Shown here: positions 1 through 19,537 of the stretch, piece by piece
Position numbering within the stretch: position 1 is the first letter of the stretch
Layout: each line of letters starts with the position of its first letter
Assembly: GCF_036588685.1 (NCBI RefSeq)
Contig: NC_086383.1
Coordinates: 45,136,001-45,200,000 of the forward strand
Source of the DNA: Mytilus trossulus
Lineage: Eukaryota
Direction of reading: 5' to 3'
DNA: 64,000 bases
The notes under the pieces: model-generated
What the model saw: only the letters and a program-made list of their open reading frames with translations
Told to the model about the DNA's origin: nothing
Databases searched by the model: none
Translations under genes and position numbers: made by a program

Positions 1-1
1 A

Positions 2-1741
2 TCTATCTTTAATAAAGCCTTTCTGACAGTCACTGATAATAGATGGTAAAACAGGTTTTATTCTATTAGCAATAACGGCAGAAGCAATCTTGGTGTCAGT
101 ATTCATAAGGCTAATTGGGCGCCAATTAGCTAGATAACGTCTATCTTTATCTTCTTTTGGAATACAGGTAATGACACTTTGATACTGAAATTTAGAAAAT
201 TCCCCATTTTCATAGCCAAAATATAATGATCTAAAAAGAAAAGGTCCAATATCTCGCCAAAAGACTTTGTAAAATTCTACAGTATACCCATCTGAGCCTG
301 GACTCTTTCCATTTGACATAGATTTTAGAGATTCTGCACATTCTTTAAAAGAAATATTACCCTCACACAAATCCTTCTCTTCTTCTGTGAGTTTAACATT
401 GTGCTTGAAAAAGGAATCATCATCACATTCCAGATTTTTACTTGAGTATAATGTTTTATAAAAATTCATTTCTTCTTGTAAAACTCTAGATTGATCTGAT
501 ATATGTTTTCCATTTTCATCTATGAGCTCAGTTATCGTTTTTTTAATAAAATTTTTCTTTTCCAATTTACAAAAAAACTCTGAACACTTTTCCCCATTCT
601 CTTGCCAGTTAGCGTGGGATCTTAAAAAAACACCTTCAATTTTTCTTTCTCTTATATTTTCTAATTCTAACTTTTTCTGGTTTAAAGCTGCATGAATTTG
701 ACCATCAGGAGATATGTTCATATGATTTTCCAAACTTTGAATGTCATTTTCCAGTAAAAGTGTTGCAGCTTTTTCCTCTCTAGCTTTTTGAATACTGTAA
801 CCAATAGACAAAGATCTAATTTTCATTTTTATCAACTCAAAAAATACTTGATCATTGCATGAGAGTTTAACATTTAACAGATCATCTATGTTGCCTGATT
901 CATAATATTCTAAAATACTCTCATTTATACATGTTTTAACTTTTTTGATATAGTCTAAATCTCGCAACAGTTGGGAGTTAAATTTCCAATATCCCTTTCC
1001 CCGCTTTGCTAAACTGGCAGAAAAGGTGAAAGTTATAGCTGAATGATCTGTCTTATACCCAGGAATAATGTTAGTATTTTTCATGAGTGAAAACAGATCC
1101 TCTGTGACTAGAAAAAAATCAAGCCGACTTTGTTTTATGGGTGAGCATTGACGCCATGTATATTTTCTATCGTTTGGATAACAGGTCCGCCAAGGATCTA
1201 ATAACTCAAGACTTTCTACTATTTCTTCAATCTTTTTTCGTGAGTTTGGGTTTCTATTATGAATAATATTGTAAGTGTCTATGTTTGTATCTTGTACAAC
1301 ATTCCAGTCCCCACATAATAAAAAGCTAGTATTTGAAAATGATGCCATTTTCTTATAAATGTCATTAAAAACTGAAGGTTCATCAGTATTAAATCCATAC
1401 AAACAAACAAAAGTAATGCGTTGACTTGACAAGGATAAATCTAAGATAATATAACGACCATCTATATCAATAATAGAATTATGCACTTCAAAATCAAGAC
1501 CTAATTTGAACATAATACTGACACCTGCACTTTTGTTACTATGATGACTGAAAAAACATGTATTTCCCCATTCCTCTTCCCATTTTTTTTCAATATCTTT
1601 ATTACTATGGGTTTCTTGAAAGCAAATTACTGAAGCATTTTTGCCCTTCGCCCAATCAAAAACATCTGTTCTCTTTTTTGAATTAGAAAAAAGACCCCTT
1701 ACATTCATAGACAACACTGTTACAATATTATCCATTATCAT
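2..1741 (-). CDS. LINE ORF2: APE endonuclease and start of reverse transcriptase (partial, continues beyond base 1)
   Basis: Manual translation from ATG 1741 gives SMNVRGL, ICFQETH, LCGDWN, YTWRQ and SRLDFFLV (APE domain). It then gives GKSPGSDGYTVEFYK, NWRPISLMNTDTKI and SDCQKGFIKDR (RT N-terminus). The start and the window-edge motifs are in the same frame. It is absent from the ORF track, presumably because its stop lies outside the window. Confidence 0.93.
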   Translation of the reverse strand, partial: MIMDNIVTVLSMNVRGLFSNSKKRTDVFDWAKGKNASVICFQETHSNKDIEKKWEEEWGNTCFFSHHSNKSAGVSIMFKLGLDFEVHNSIIDIDGRYIILDLSLSSQRITFVCLYGFNTDEPSVFNDIYKKMASFSNTSFLLCGDWNVVQDTNIDTYNIIHNRNPNSRKKIEEIVESLELLDPWRTCYPNDRKYTWRQCSPIKQSRLDFFLVTEDLFSLMKNTNIIPGYKTDHSAITFTFSASLAKRGKGYWKFNSQLLRDLDYIKKVKTCINESILEYYESGNIDDLLNVKLSCNDQVFFELIKMKIRSLSIGYSIQKAREEKAATLLLENDIQSLENHMNISPDGQIHAALNQKKLELENIRERKIEGVFLRSHANWQENGEKCSEFFCKLEKKNFIKKTITELIDENGKHISDQSRVLQEEMNFYKTLYSSKNLECDDDSFFKHNVKLTEEEKDLCEGNISFKECAESLKSMSNGKSPGSDGYTVEFYKVFWRDIGPFLFRSLYFGYENGEFSKFQYQSVITCIPKEDKDRRYLANWRPISLMNTDTKIASAVIANRIKPVLPSIISDCQKGFIKDR

Positions 1742-2318
1742 ATAAAACAAAACAATATTTCAAACTTGAGCAGATAAATTCTAACTTAAAAACCAATACA
1801 CAATCATAGTTTATACAATCATACACACATTCAACAATAAGATGACACTTTGGCATAGATACCTGTAAAGTCATTTTTGTACAACAAAATTTCATTTACA
1901 GTATGGCATTTAATTATTTACAATATAAAGATAGTTGTTTTCTAAAGACAATGTATTAATTAGTATATATATTTAGTTGAGAGATTCATGATAAGTAAAA
2001 ATAATAAAAGATTTTCGTTATCTCCCTTTGATTTGTAATTAATTTTTTTTGAGTTATCTCCCTTCAATAAATATACAGTTATCTTCAAATTAAGAAGGGT
2101 TCACTCAAACAAAAATAAATAGAATTATATATATAAAAAAAAGTACTTTGAATCAAATATGAATTCAAATTATTTAAATCAAATTCAGAGAGATGCATTA
2201 TAAGTAAATAAATTGATAATATGCACATCCCAGATTGTTTTAATCTTATTACATGTACTATCTTTCATTTTTTACAGTGATGAAACATTAAGCAATGTAT
2301 CAAATAAGGAAGTGAATT

Positions 2319-3278
2319 TCAATGACCTTTTTTGTTTTTGTTTTTCAGTTTTTGTTCAATATTGTCAAATAAGTCAAATCTAATTCTACTCCCATCCTGC
2401 TGCTTGGCATAGACATTGCAATTATAAAACCAGACGTTTTCAAAATGTTCACTGTTTTTTAATCTTGTCATCAGTCCTAGGTTACGCTGTGTAATATCAT
2501 CATGGAACTTGATGTCATTTTTTAGCCCTCTCTTCTGTCTCATAATTTTAATTTTCAGTTCAGTATTGCGCACTTTAACAATGATAGGTTTTATGTGTCC
2601 CTCTTTCCCAGGAATTCTGTGTATTGCCTGTACATCATCAGGTTTAATGTCTACCTTTAACTCTTTGTTTACCATATTAACAAACTCATCTCTCAATACC
2701 TCATGAGGCCTTTCTGGGTAGTTGAGCATTCTGATGTTATGCTTTCTACTATACTGTTCATTATAATTTCCAAGCTTAATTGCATCAATAGCTCTATTGT
2801 TGTTATCACTTACTTGTTCTTCTAATTTCTCTATAGATTTATCTTTTGCCCTCACACGTTCTCTCAGGTTTTCATTGTCTATCATCAGAGAATCCATTTG
2901 ATCTTGTAACTTTCCAGTTGTCTCCCTTACTTTTGCTTCAATTTTTTCTGAGAAATTCTTTTCAAAAGTTAATAATAACTGTTTAACAATGTTGGTAACA
3001 ATATCTTTTAAGTCTTTTTGTTGAACCAAACAGTTAATTGCACTACTTAAATCATCTTTAGTAACTGTCACCTGAAGGGCTTTTTTGATTTCGCTAAGAG
3101 TAGTTTGAATACTAGTCATGCTATCAGTACATTCCAAACTTTCATCTGCTACATCTGAATGAGTTCGTTTGTTCTGCTTTGGTGGTTTTTCTTGTGAAGA
3201 TTCTTTAGCTCCAGGCTTTTTAGCTGCCAACATTGTTTGTACAGTTTTAACACCTTTCTGATTACTATCCCCAGGCAT
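2319..3278 (-). CDS. LINE ORF1p (L1-type: coiled coil, RRM-like and C-terminal domain)
   Basis: 319 aa. A heptad coiled coil is followed by NEQYSRKHNIRM, AIHRIPG, PIIVK and DDITQRN, motifs typical of L1/Tx1 ORF1. It lies upstream of ORF2. Confidence 0.88.
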   Translation of the reverse strand: MPGDSNQKGVKTVQTMLAAKKPGAKESSQEKPPKQNKRTHSDVADESLECTDSMTSIQTTLSEIKKALQVTVTKDDLSSAINCLVQQKDLKDIVTNIVKQLLLTFEKNFSEKIEAKVRETTGKLQDQMDSLMIDNENLRERVRAKDKSIEKLEEQVSDNNNRAIDAIKLGNYNEQYSRKHNIRMLNYPERPHEVLRDEFVNMVNKELKVDIKPDDVQAIHRIPGKEGHIKPIIVKVRNTELKIKIMRQKRGLKNDIKFHDDITQRNLGLMTRLKNSEHFENVWFYNCNVYAKQQDGSRIRFDLFDNIEQKLKNKNKKGH

Positions 3279-3513
3279 ACTTTCTATATTTTAAACAACA
3301 GTTCAAAATACAAAATTATTAAATTCCACTGAATCCAAAATGTTTTTAACACTAATACAAGTCCATTGAAGAAGGAAATTTCAAAATAACTTGATTTCTA
3401 TATAGTCCATACAATTCTGAATATAATGATATAACTTTCAATAGAATTCTTCATCAAAATCCAGCTTAAAAATGCCAAATACTGCAGAGCTGATGTTCAA
3501 CTCCTTTCTATCT

Positions 3514-3526
3514 TGGCGGCCATCTT
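3514..3526 (-). promoter_or_regulatory. YY1-like motif at the putative LINE 5' terminus (internal promoter)
   Basis: AAGATGGCCGCCA lies ~250 bp upstream of ORF1. It resembles the YY1 site near the 5' end of vertebrate L1. Confidence 0.5.
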
Positions 3527-3715
3527 AAGAATTGTTTATATCTATTGATGTCATCTCCCTTTTGATTTTCATAAATTTCAAATATGACATTGATAAGTAA
3601 AAGAACTTTGTTGTTTGAAAATGTGAGGGTGTATCATATGCCAATGGCGCAGCTGTTTATTCTTTTTTAAACATGTAAAGAAAGAATACATATATTTATT
3701 TGTTTTGGTTCACAG

Positions 3716-3858
3716 AATCTCCTGAAGAAGCAGTGTGGCCATTAAGTGATTTAATTGAGAAAGCCAAGGAAAGAGATATGAAAGAAACTTCTGACACAAG
3801 ACAATTAAGTGACTCAGAGTTGAGTGATGTGTCAGATGAAGATGAACCAATTCCTCAG
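3716..3858 (+). CDS. Penultimate coding exon of an uncharacterised spliced gene nested in the MCM3 intron
   Basis: cacag acceptor, open frame SPEEAVWPLSDLIEKAKE...DEDEPIPQ, and a cag|gtaat phase-0 donor that matches the next exon. Confidence 0.7.
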
Positions 3859-4869
3859 GTAATTTATTTTGTATACTAGTATATAAAATTTTAAATTTAT
3901 AAACTTCTACCAATATTTATAAGAAGACATACGTGACAAGGAGACAAATCTGTATCTAAGACACAATGTAGTATAAAGTATTAAAGCAATTATAGGTTAC
4001 AGTACTATCTTCAACGTTGAGTCTTTGTTCACATGGAGCCACAAGCTATAAAATTTAATTGACCAGTGTAAAACTATACAAACAGGAAACCCAACAGTCT
4101 AATTTACATACAAAAGGAGGAACCAAAAAACACCTACATAATCTACCGATTTTTTTTTTACAAGAAATGGAAAGACTCCCTTATGAAAAATATTAATTTA
4201 AACAAGAATAATACGAACATATGTTCTTTTTTCTTAACAAAAAATGCATTTCAGGAAGTATGCTAGAACAGATAAGACCTGGTCAGATACAAACTATATT
4301 TGGTTTATATTAAACCTCTCTTCCACAACCAAATGTATTCTTAAACATAGATTTAAACAACAATAATGCTTATCAGGGAATACGTCGATATAATTGGTGG
4401 TGTTGGAGAGGACTTATGGAAGTCGTTTTTGGAGTTGTTTATTTTTCCATAGACGACATTGATTGAACTTCTTTTTGTAACCAATGTAAACAAAATGGTG
4501 GTGATAATAACACAATTAGGCTCAATCAAGCTCCATGTTACAATATTTATTTTAACTTTGCAATAATCGTTAAACAAATAAACACAAAACATTCAGTTGA
4601 ATGATAAAATAGAGGTTTTGTAGTTGATATAAATCAGAGAGCAAATTTCACAAGGTTTTATTTCTGCAGTAACCAATGTATATATTCATGCACCAGGCCA
4701 ATACAATGACACGAATACACAATTTGTGTGTGATAGCGGTAACAAGTCTGTAAAAATTAATTCTTTATCTCTTATGTTAAGAATTTAAAAAATAAAATAC
4801 ATTTTAAAGAAATTCATTTATGTATAAACTAGACCAATTCAGACTTTAAGTTGTTGGCATGTGTTTATT

Positions 4870-5172
4870 TAAGGAATGACTAATATTTTTTCTGTCTATG
4901 AAGAAATAACATGAAAAATTTGGTGCACACTGAATAAGTCATGTAGCGTGTTATTTAACAGTGTGCACCACATTTTTTTATGTTATTTCGAATAGACAGA
5001 AAAAGTATTACAGCCATTTCTTATAATTTAGTTCTAAATTCCATTTTAAAGTGTAGAAAACCATAAAAAAATGTTGATGACGTCACGGTCACATGACTAA
5101 ATTATGTCTATGGGCTCATAACAAAATTATGTCAGCCAATCAGAAGACGTGTTACATCCAAAATTAAATTAT
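4870..5172. mobile_element. Non-autonomous element with a terminal long hairpin (Crypton-like architecture)
   Basis: Imperfect inverted repeat at 4870-5023, followed by a segment with TGACGTCA and CCAATCAG bounded by short inverted AT-rich motifs. Confidence 0.5.
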
Positions 5173-5263
5173 ATACTAATAAATTCCCTTGAAAGGGCGT
5201 TTAGTCCTATAATAATTTTATTCTAAATTATGGAAGTTTATAATGTTCTAAATTTTGTTTTAG

Positions 5264-5623
5264 CTTGTTGTTGGAAAGAAGAAATCTGGTAGCCAAGGGG
5301 ATAACAGTACAATTGTTGTAAGTGTTGGGGAGATGGTTCTTCTAAACTTAGCAGAATATGAAAAGGAGTGGCCTCAAGTTGCCCAAGTGATCAATTCTGA
5401 TGAGGAGACCTGCATGATCCATTGGTTCAGAGGATCCCAAACCAAACCATGGAAGCCATGTAGTAGAGCGATACCAGGGAAAAAAGGAAAACGTGAAGCC
5501 TGGACACAGACAATCAATATAACAGAAATCATAAGGAACAGTTTTTGTTTAACAAAGGGGGGTTTCTTACCTAAAAATGTAAAAGAGTTTTGTAAAAGTC
5601 ATGAACTTCAAGCCAAGATTTAA
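5264..5623 (+). CDS. Terminal coding exon of the nested uncharacterised gene (beta-rich C-terminal domain; possibly DNA-transposon-encoded)
   Basis: The ttttag acceptor is in phase 0 and in frame with track ORF 5333-5623 (EWPQVAQV...IHWFRGS...W...FCLTKGGFLPK). AATAAA follows at 5716-5721. Confidence 0.72.
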   Translation, partial: LVVGKKKSGSQGDNSTIVVSVGEMVLLNLAEYEKEWPQVAQVINSDEETCMIHWFRGSQTKPWKPCSRAIPGKKGKREAWTQTINITEIIRNSFCLTKGGFLPKNVKEFCKSHELQAKI

Positions 5624-7848
5624 GAATTATCAATGCTTAATATTATAATTTAATATGCATATTTATTGGAAAAACAGTTATTTTAAATTTTGGAAGTTTA
5701 TCAATATTATCAAAAAATAAATACTTGCAAATAACATGAACATTAACTTTAGAAACCACATACCTTATAAAATAATTTTAGAGTAAGCTTATATATTATG
5801 TGTCCTGCATTTTACCTTCCCAATTGTTTAGGGAGTTCTTGTCTGTTGAAGATCCATTGGTGGCCTTAAGTTGTTTATACCTTTCGGTTGGTTAGCTGTC
5901 CCCAATTTCCATTCCTATTTGATTATTCTTGAATTAAAAAATTTTGTAGCACAGAACTTTAAATTAACTCTTATCATATTTATTTCAATAATTTTCTTAC
6001 CATGTTTTGAAAACAATCTTTTCTATATCAGTCAATGTGGGGAGACAAATTGTTTTTGTCAGGTTCATCTGCTTATTTTCCAACTGATTATCTCCTATAT
6101 TGATATGGAAAAATCTATGAATTTTATACTGTTACAATGCAAATATGTAGGCAATACTGACCCATTCATTTTTGGAGTTTCCCACTTCATATTTATATAA
6201 CGTTTTTTGTCAGATATCATTTTCAACATGGAAAAACATCAAAACTTCCTGCTTTTTTATTTTAATTTGCATTTGTCATTCTGATTTACAAGAGTATGAG
6301 TGCAATCATTTTTTTAATAAGAATTAATTGCTAACACGTTTTGATGATGCCAAAAAAACAGGTCTTTTGTATGATGATATCAAGTTGGTAGGCATGAAAA
6401 ATCAAAAATCTGACAGTATGAAGTACAAAATGCATTTAATATTAAATTTCTGTAAGGGATTTCATCTAGGTGATTTTTTTTATAATTTGAAAAAATAAAT
6501 TTGTCCATTACTTCACTAGTGTTAAAAAATACTAAAATGAATTTTCCTATGCCCAAACAAGGATGTTACTGGTAGAGGGGCAATATATTTTTGGACTGTG
6601 TGTAAGTCTGTCTTTTCCCTTTCATGGTTACACTTTTGGGCAAGGTAGTTTTAGAGAAAGTTGAATTTCAATCAACTGCAAAATGAGTACACAATTTGAT
6701 CTTGATAAGTATTTCTAATCTTTATAATCCCAGGAGAAAACGATAATGAGAGTGGGGTATCTGTGTACTATGAACAGAATATTGTTATTATGCTAAATGT
6801 TAATGAATGTATTGTTTAATCCTGAAATATATGTGGGTAACTATTTTTGGCATAAATGAATTGACTGCTGGAATAATGTTCATATATTTAAATGAAAGCA
6901 ATATTATGTAAATGTATATTATGTTAAGAACAGTGTTAAGGGGAGAAAAGTTTAGGTATTTTTTATTAGATTAAAATTGTTACCCTTGTCAATTTTGATA
7001 TAACTTGTAAACAAAATGTGCTTCATGTTTATGCACAATATTAAGCCTGTGTATTATTGTCATCATTTTCATATAACTATTGAGAGAAAAAAATATGTTA
7101 TCAAACTACAACTGCATATGGTTTATTTGTTGGCTATTATCATGTTCCAAGAAAAACTTCACATAACATGTAAGAGAATGTCAACAATAAAGATTTGAAT
7201 ACATCATCAAGCATGGATCATTAAAAATACAACCATAACACTTTTTGAACAAAGATCTAGCAAGTAAATTAGGTAGATGTAGAAAATTCCAATAAGACAA
7301 CAAAGCAAAGCTGCAGACTTAGTACAAACTTACATTTTAGTACACAAAAGAAAGGGCTAGTAAATCAGGAATATGTTCAAATCCCAATGAATCTACAATG
7401 CAAGCTCGTAACTTTTAAATGTGCATCATTATCACTGTAGTACAAATAACTGGCAAGTGATTACAAGGAAGTCAGGGATATGTGGTAAAATTCCAATGAG
7501 ACAACATAGAAAAGCTTTTTAATTTTTAAAAGAACAACAATTCAATTCAGTTTAGTTAACAAAAACCTGGCAAATAAATCAACTTATCTAGATATATGTG
7601 TTACCAGTTTAGAAAATTCAAAATGGACAATAAGAAGAGCTTCTAATTGCAAATCAAGTACAACCACATGCTTTAACAGGATTTGTTTCAACATGTTTTG
7701 ATTTTGTAGTTGTTATTTGTGTGCTACACAGCATTTATTACCATCCTCACTTCTGTGAATTTGCTGACATCTTCTAATTAAATCTATAAGGAGCACAATA
7801 TATGTAGTCTTCACAGGCTCTATGGGACACAATATGTAACTTTACCCT

Positions 7849-8260
7849 GGTCTGTGCACAGCACATGATTTATAGTCTTCAATGAGACTGCAGTGCACAG
7901 GATTTATAATCTTGACTTGGTCTGTGCGCCGCACAGGATTTATATTCTTCACTTGGTCTGTGCACCGCACAGGATTTATAATCTTCACTTGGTCTGTGCG
8001 CCGCACAGGACTTATATTCTTCACTTGGTCTGTGCGCCGCACAGGAATTTTAGTCTTCAACAGGTCTGTGCGACGCACAGGATTTTTAGTCTTCAACAGG
8101 TCTGTGCGGCACACAGGATTTATAGTTTTTTAAAACAGGTCTGTGCGTCGCACAGGATTTATAATCTTCACTTGGTCTGTGCGCCGCACAGGATTTATAA
8201 TCCTTACTTGGTATGTGTGGTGCAAAGGATTTATATTTATCAATAGGTCTGTGTGCTGGA
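7849..8260. repeat. 36-bp tandem repeat, ~11 copies, each with an internal palindrome CTGTGCG-N-CGCACAG
   Basis: Unit ggtctgtgcgccgcacaggatttataatcttcactt. The overlapping ORFs show a 12-aa periodicity. Confidence 0.92.
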
Positions 8261-9023
8261 TGGGATTTTTTTCCATGATGTGATATTTAAATTGGTTGTC
8301 TATTGTTTCCATGGTAACAAGCTTTGACATGTAAAATCCATGAAATTCATTATTTAGTTAAATTCCATATTAAATAATTACTCCAAATTTAAATAATACA
8401 GTGTTGTTACTTAAATCAATGAGGTAGAATTAAGAGATAGCTAAGGCAGTGGTGAAAGCTTTTTTTTTCAAATATCTACATGTAATTTGATTAACATTTT
8501 ATTTTTTTAGATCTTAATTTATTAGAATAGTGTTATTTTGTATCTAATTAAAGCATAACTTGTAAAGAAAAATGTCATAAATTTGAATAATGGATTGAAT
8601 TGTTTTCCACATTTAAAAAGTATTTTGGAAATCAGCTGTAATATAAAAACACAGCTTTATTTGTCTACTTACTAAACAAAGCTTTTGATAAGGAATGACT
8701 TACATGTATAGATACACTGCTTTTTGTGATATAGGCAAGTTTAAGCGAGTGCTTGAATTACTATTTGTTCAGGGCTATTGTATTGGAATGGGTGTGGGAG
8801 GTAAGGAAGGGTAGTTTTTTTTTTGGACATGTCCTTGTGTCATTTATGGGTGTACTTCTATTCAATGTAAATAAAATCACAGAAAGAAGGTCTTGTTTTT
8901 AGGGGAATATTTGAAGTCCATATCTGCTAACAACTATTATATTTGAATAAATGTAATGCTTAAAGAATGAATGAAGGGACAAATAACATTGATTCTGCAG
9001 TATCTGTATGCAGTAAATTATAA

Positions 9024-17418
<8,395 letters not shown>

Positions 17419-18126
17419 ACTCGAGAATTTCAAATGTGCTATTATAACTGAAAGTGTTTATGGAGTCTGAACCCAACAACCTGATACAATTTCCATAGAT
17501 ATCATAAACAATGAAATTTCAAAAATCAACTTTTTGCAATGAAATTTTTACTAGTTGAATTTAATCTGATGAAATTATAAATTATGTGATAGAAAAATGA
17601 ATTTGCAAGTATACTGATTGAATTATGAATTTTTACATAAAGATGTTTACTTTAATTTTGGCTATATTGTAAATGTGTACATACAAATATACAGATATCA
17701 GAATAAGTAGTTTTCTTTTCATTTAAATTGCCTTGGTTGTCTTGTGTATCACGAATAAGGGAGGTCATTGCTTGGTCAAACTGTATAAATTCTCAACTAA
17801 ACATGTGGCATTATAGTATATAGTAGTCTTATAAGTGTCAAATGTATGGTGACTTGTTCACTATAATTTTGTTGGTATGCAGCAAGGTTTGTAGTAATAT
17901 GAAATTAAATGTCTTTGTGTTGATATGCATGTAACATTTGCCACTGGACATTAAGCACCAATCATTATCCATGCAATGAGATCACTTTATAAAGAAATTA
18001 TTGACAGTCAGATATTTTATATTGAATAGAAATCCCAGTAACCTTTTATGACTCCTGCAAGGGAAGGTGAGACATAGGTTTGCCTTTGTGGCGAGGTTGG
18101 CAGTAGTGTATTGAACAATTGATCAG

Positions 18127-19380
18127 TTTTTATGACTGCAAAAAATAAAATAAAATTGGTTGTATATTGGTATCACGTCGTTTGAAGAGGAATGGTTTCC
18201 AGGTAATAACTTTTGAATAAGTAAAAAGAAATCAATAAAATTTTAACACAATGTTTATAACCACAAAAGGAAGCTTTGGATTAATTTGGGGGTTATAATC
18301 CCAAAGGTTTAGGAATGAGGGACCCTAAAGGGCCAAAAACAGCATTTATCTACTTTTAGGACAAAAAGTTGTGTATTAGCACTTCAATTGTTCTGAAATT
18401 GTACCACATCGTTTAATACCATAAGTAGAAGATTAGGATTATCTTACGGGGTTATTGGGCAAACAGTCTAGGAATTAAGGGCCAAAAACAAGCATTTTTC
18501 TAGTTTCAAGACAATAACTTGTGTGTAACTGTATGGATCTCTCTGACATTATACCACAAGTTTCCGTACAACACGGGGAAGGCTAGGATACAGTTTGAGA
18601 TTAATTTTCCCTATTATGAAGGAATAAGGGGCCAAAAAGAAGCATTTTTCTAGTTAACAAACCATAAATTGTTTCAGTGTATTGATATCTATAAATTTTT
18701 ACAAGAAGGTTCAATACCACTAAAGGAAGGTTGGGATTGATTATGGGGGTTATGGTCTTGATAGTTTATGAATTGGGGGCCCAAAATAATCATTTTTGTA
18801 GTTATCAAACAATAACTTATGTTTAAGTATGCATCTCAGAAATTAAACCACAATTTTCCATACCATGAAGGGGACAGTTGGTTTTGACTTTAGGGGGTAA
18901 TGGCTCAAAATGTTTCAGAATTTGGTGGCAAAAAAGGGGAAAACTAGGAATTTCTGGTCCATGGACAATTAAGAAAATTGCAGTCTTAAGCAGTGTAAGG
19001 GAGGTAATTCTAAAACATTTAACAAACAATATTGGGTATGTTCAGATTTACCTCCCTCACACTACTTGTATATTATGTATAAAAAAATGTCAGGTTTTTG
19101 ACTAATTGCCAAAAAAAAGGGGGGGTAGTTGTTTTCAATTTTTTTTCTTCAAATTTCTCAAATTCATATTTTTAAATATTCAAAAGAAAAAATCTTTAAT
19201 TGCGCAATTGTAAGATCTTGACATTTGTTTTCTGTCAGAAACTGATATTAGGTCAAAAATTTGATAGCAATCCATATTCAGAGCTGTATCAAGCTTGAAT
19301 GTTTTGTCCATACTTGCCCCAAATGTCAGGGTTTGACTTCTGGGGTCTTATAAAGCTGTGCCCTGGGGAGCACCTGGTTT
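18127..19380 (+). mobile_element. Helentron-associated interspersed element (HINE/DINE-like) with degenerate internal tandem repeats
   Basis: 5' end tttttatgactgca..tggttgtatattggtatcacgtcg. Internal gggccaaaaa..gcatttt..ataact units recur. The 3' end ggggtcttataaagctg...cacctggtt resembles a subterminal inverted repeat plus hairpin. Confidence 0.6.
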
Positions 19381-19537
19381 TTAATTGGATATAAGAAGAT
19401 GAGGTATGAATGCCAATGAGACGAACTCTCCATCCAAGTCACAATTCATAGAAATAAACCAATTTAGGTCAAAGATCAGCCTTCAACACAGCCTTGGCTC
19501 ACACCAAACATCAAGCTATAAAGGCCCCCACAAATTT

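Larger units (their letters stand above)
1..3526 (-). mobile_element. L1/Tx1-clade non-LTR retrotransposon, 5' portion (5'UTR, ORF1, inter-ORF spacer, ORF2 truncated by the window edge)
   Basis: Two open frames in LINE order on the minus strand. The putative 5' end begins AAGATGGCCGCC (YY1-like) at 3526. Confidence 0.92.

Noticed and set aside
2509-2706. Antisense or overlapping ORFs on the real genes (also 34481, 34798, 36086, 36484, 41032 and 9713)
   Set aside because: They are shadows of the true coding frames with no independent support.
7849-8260. CRISPR-like array (36-bp period, palindromic repeats)
   Set aside because: There are no unique spacers, the whole unit is repeated, no cas genes are present and the context is eukaryotic.
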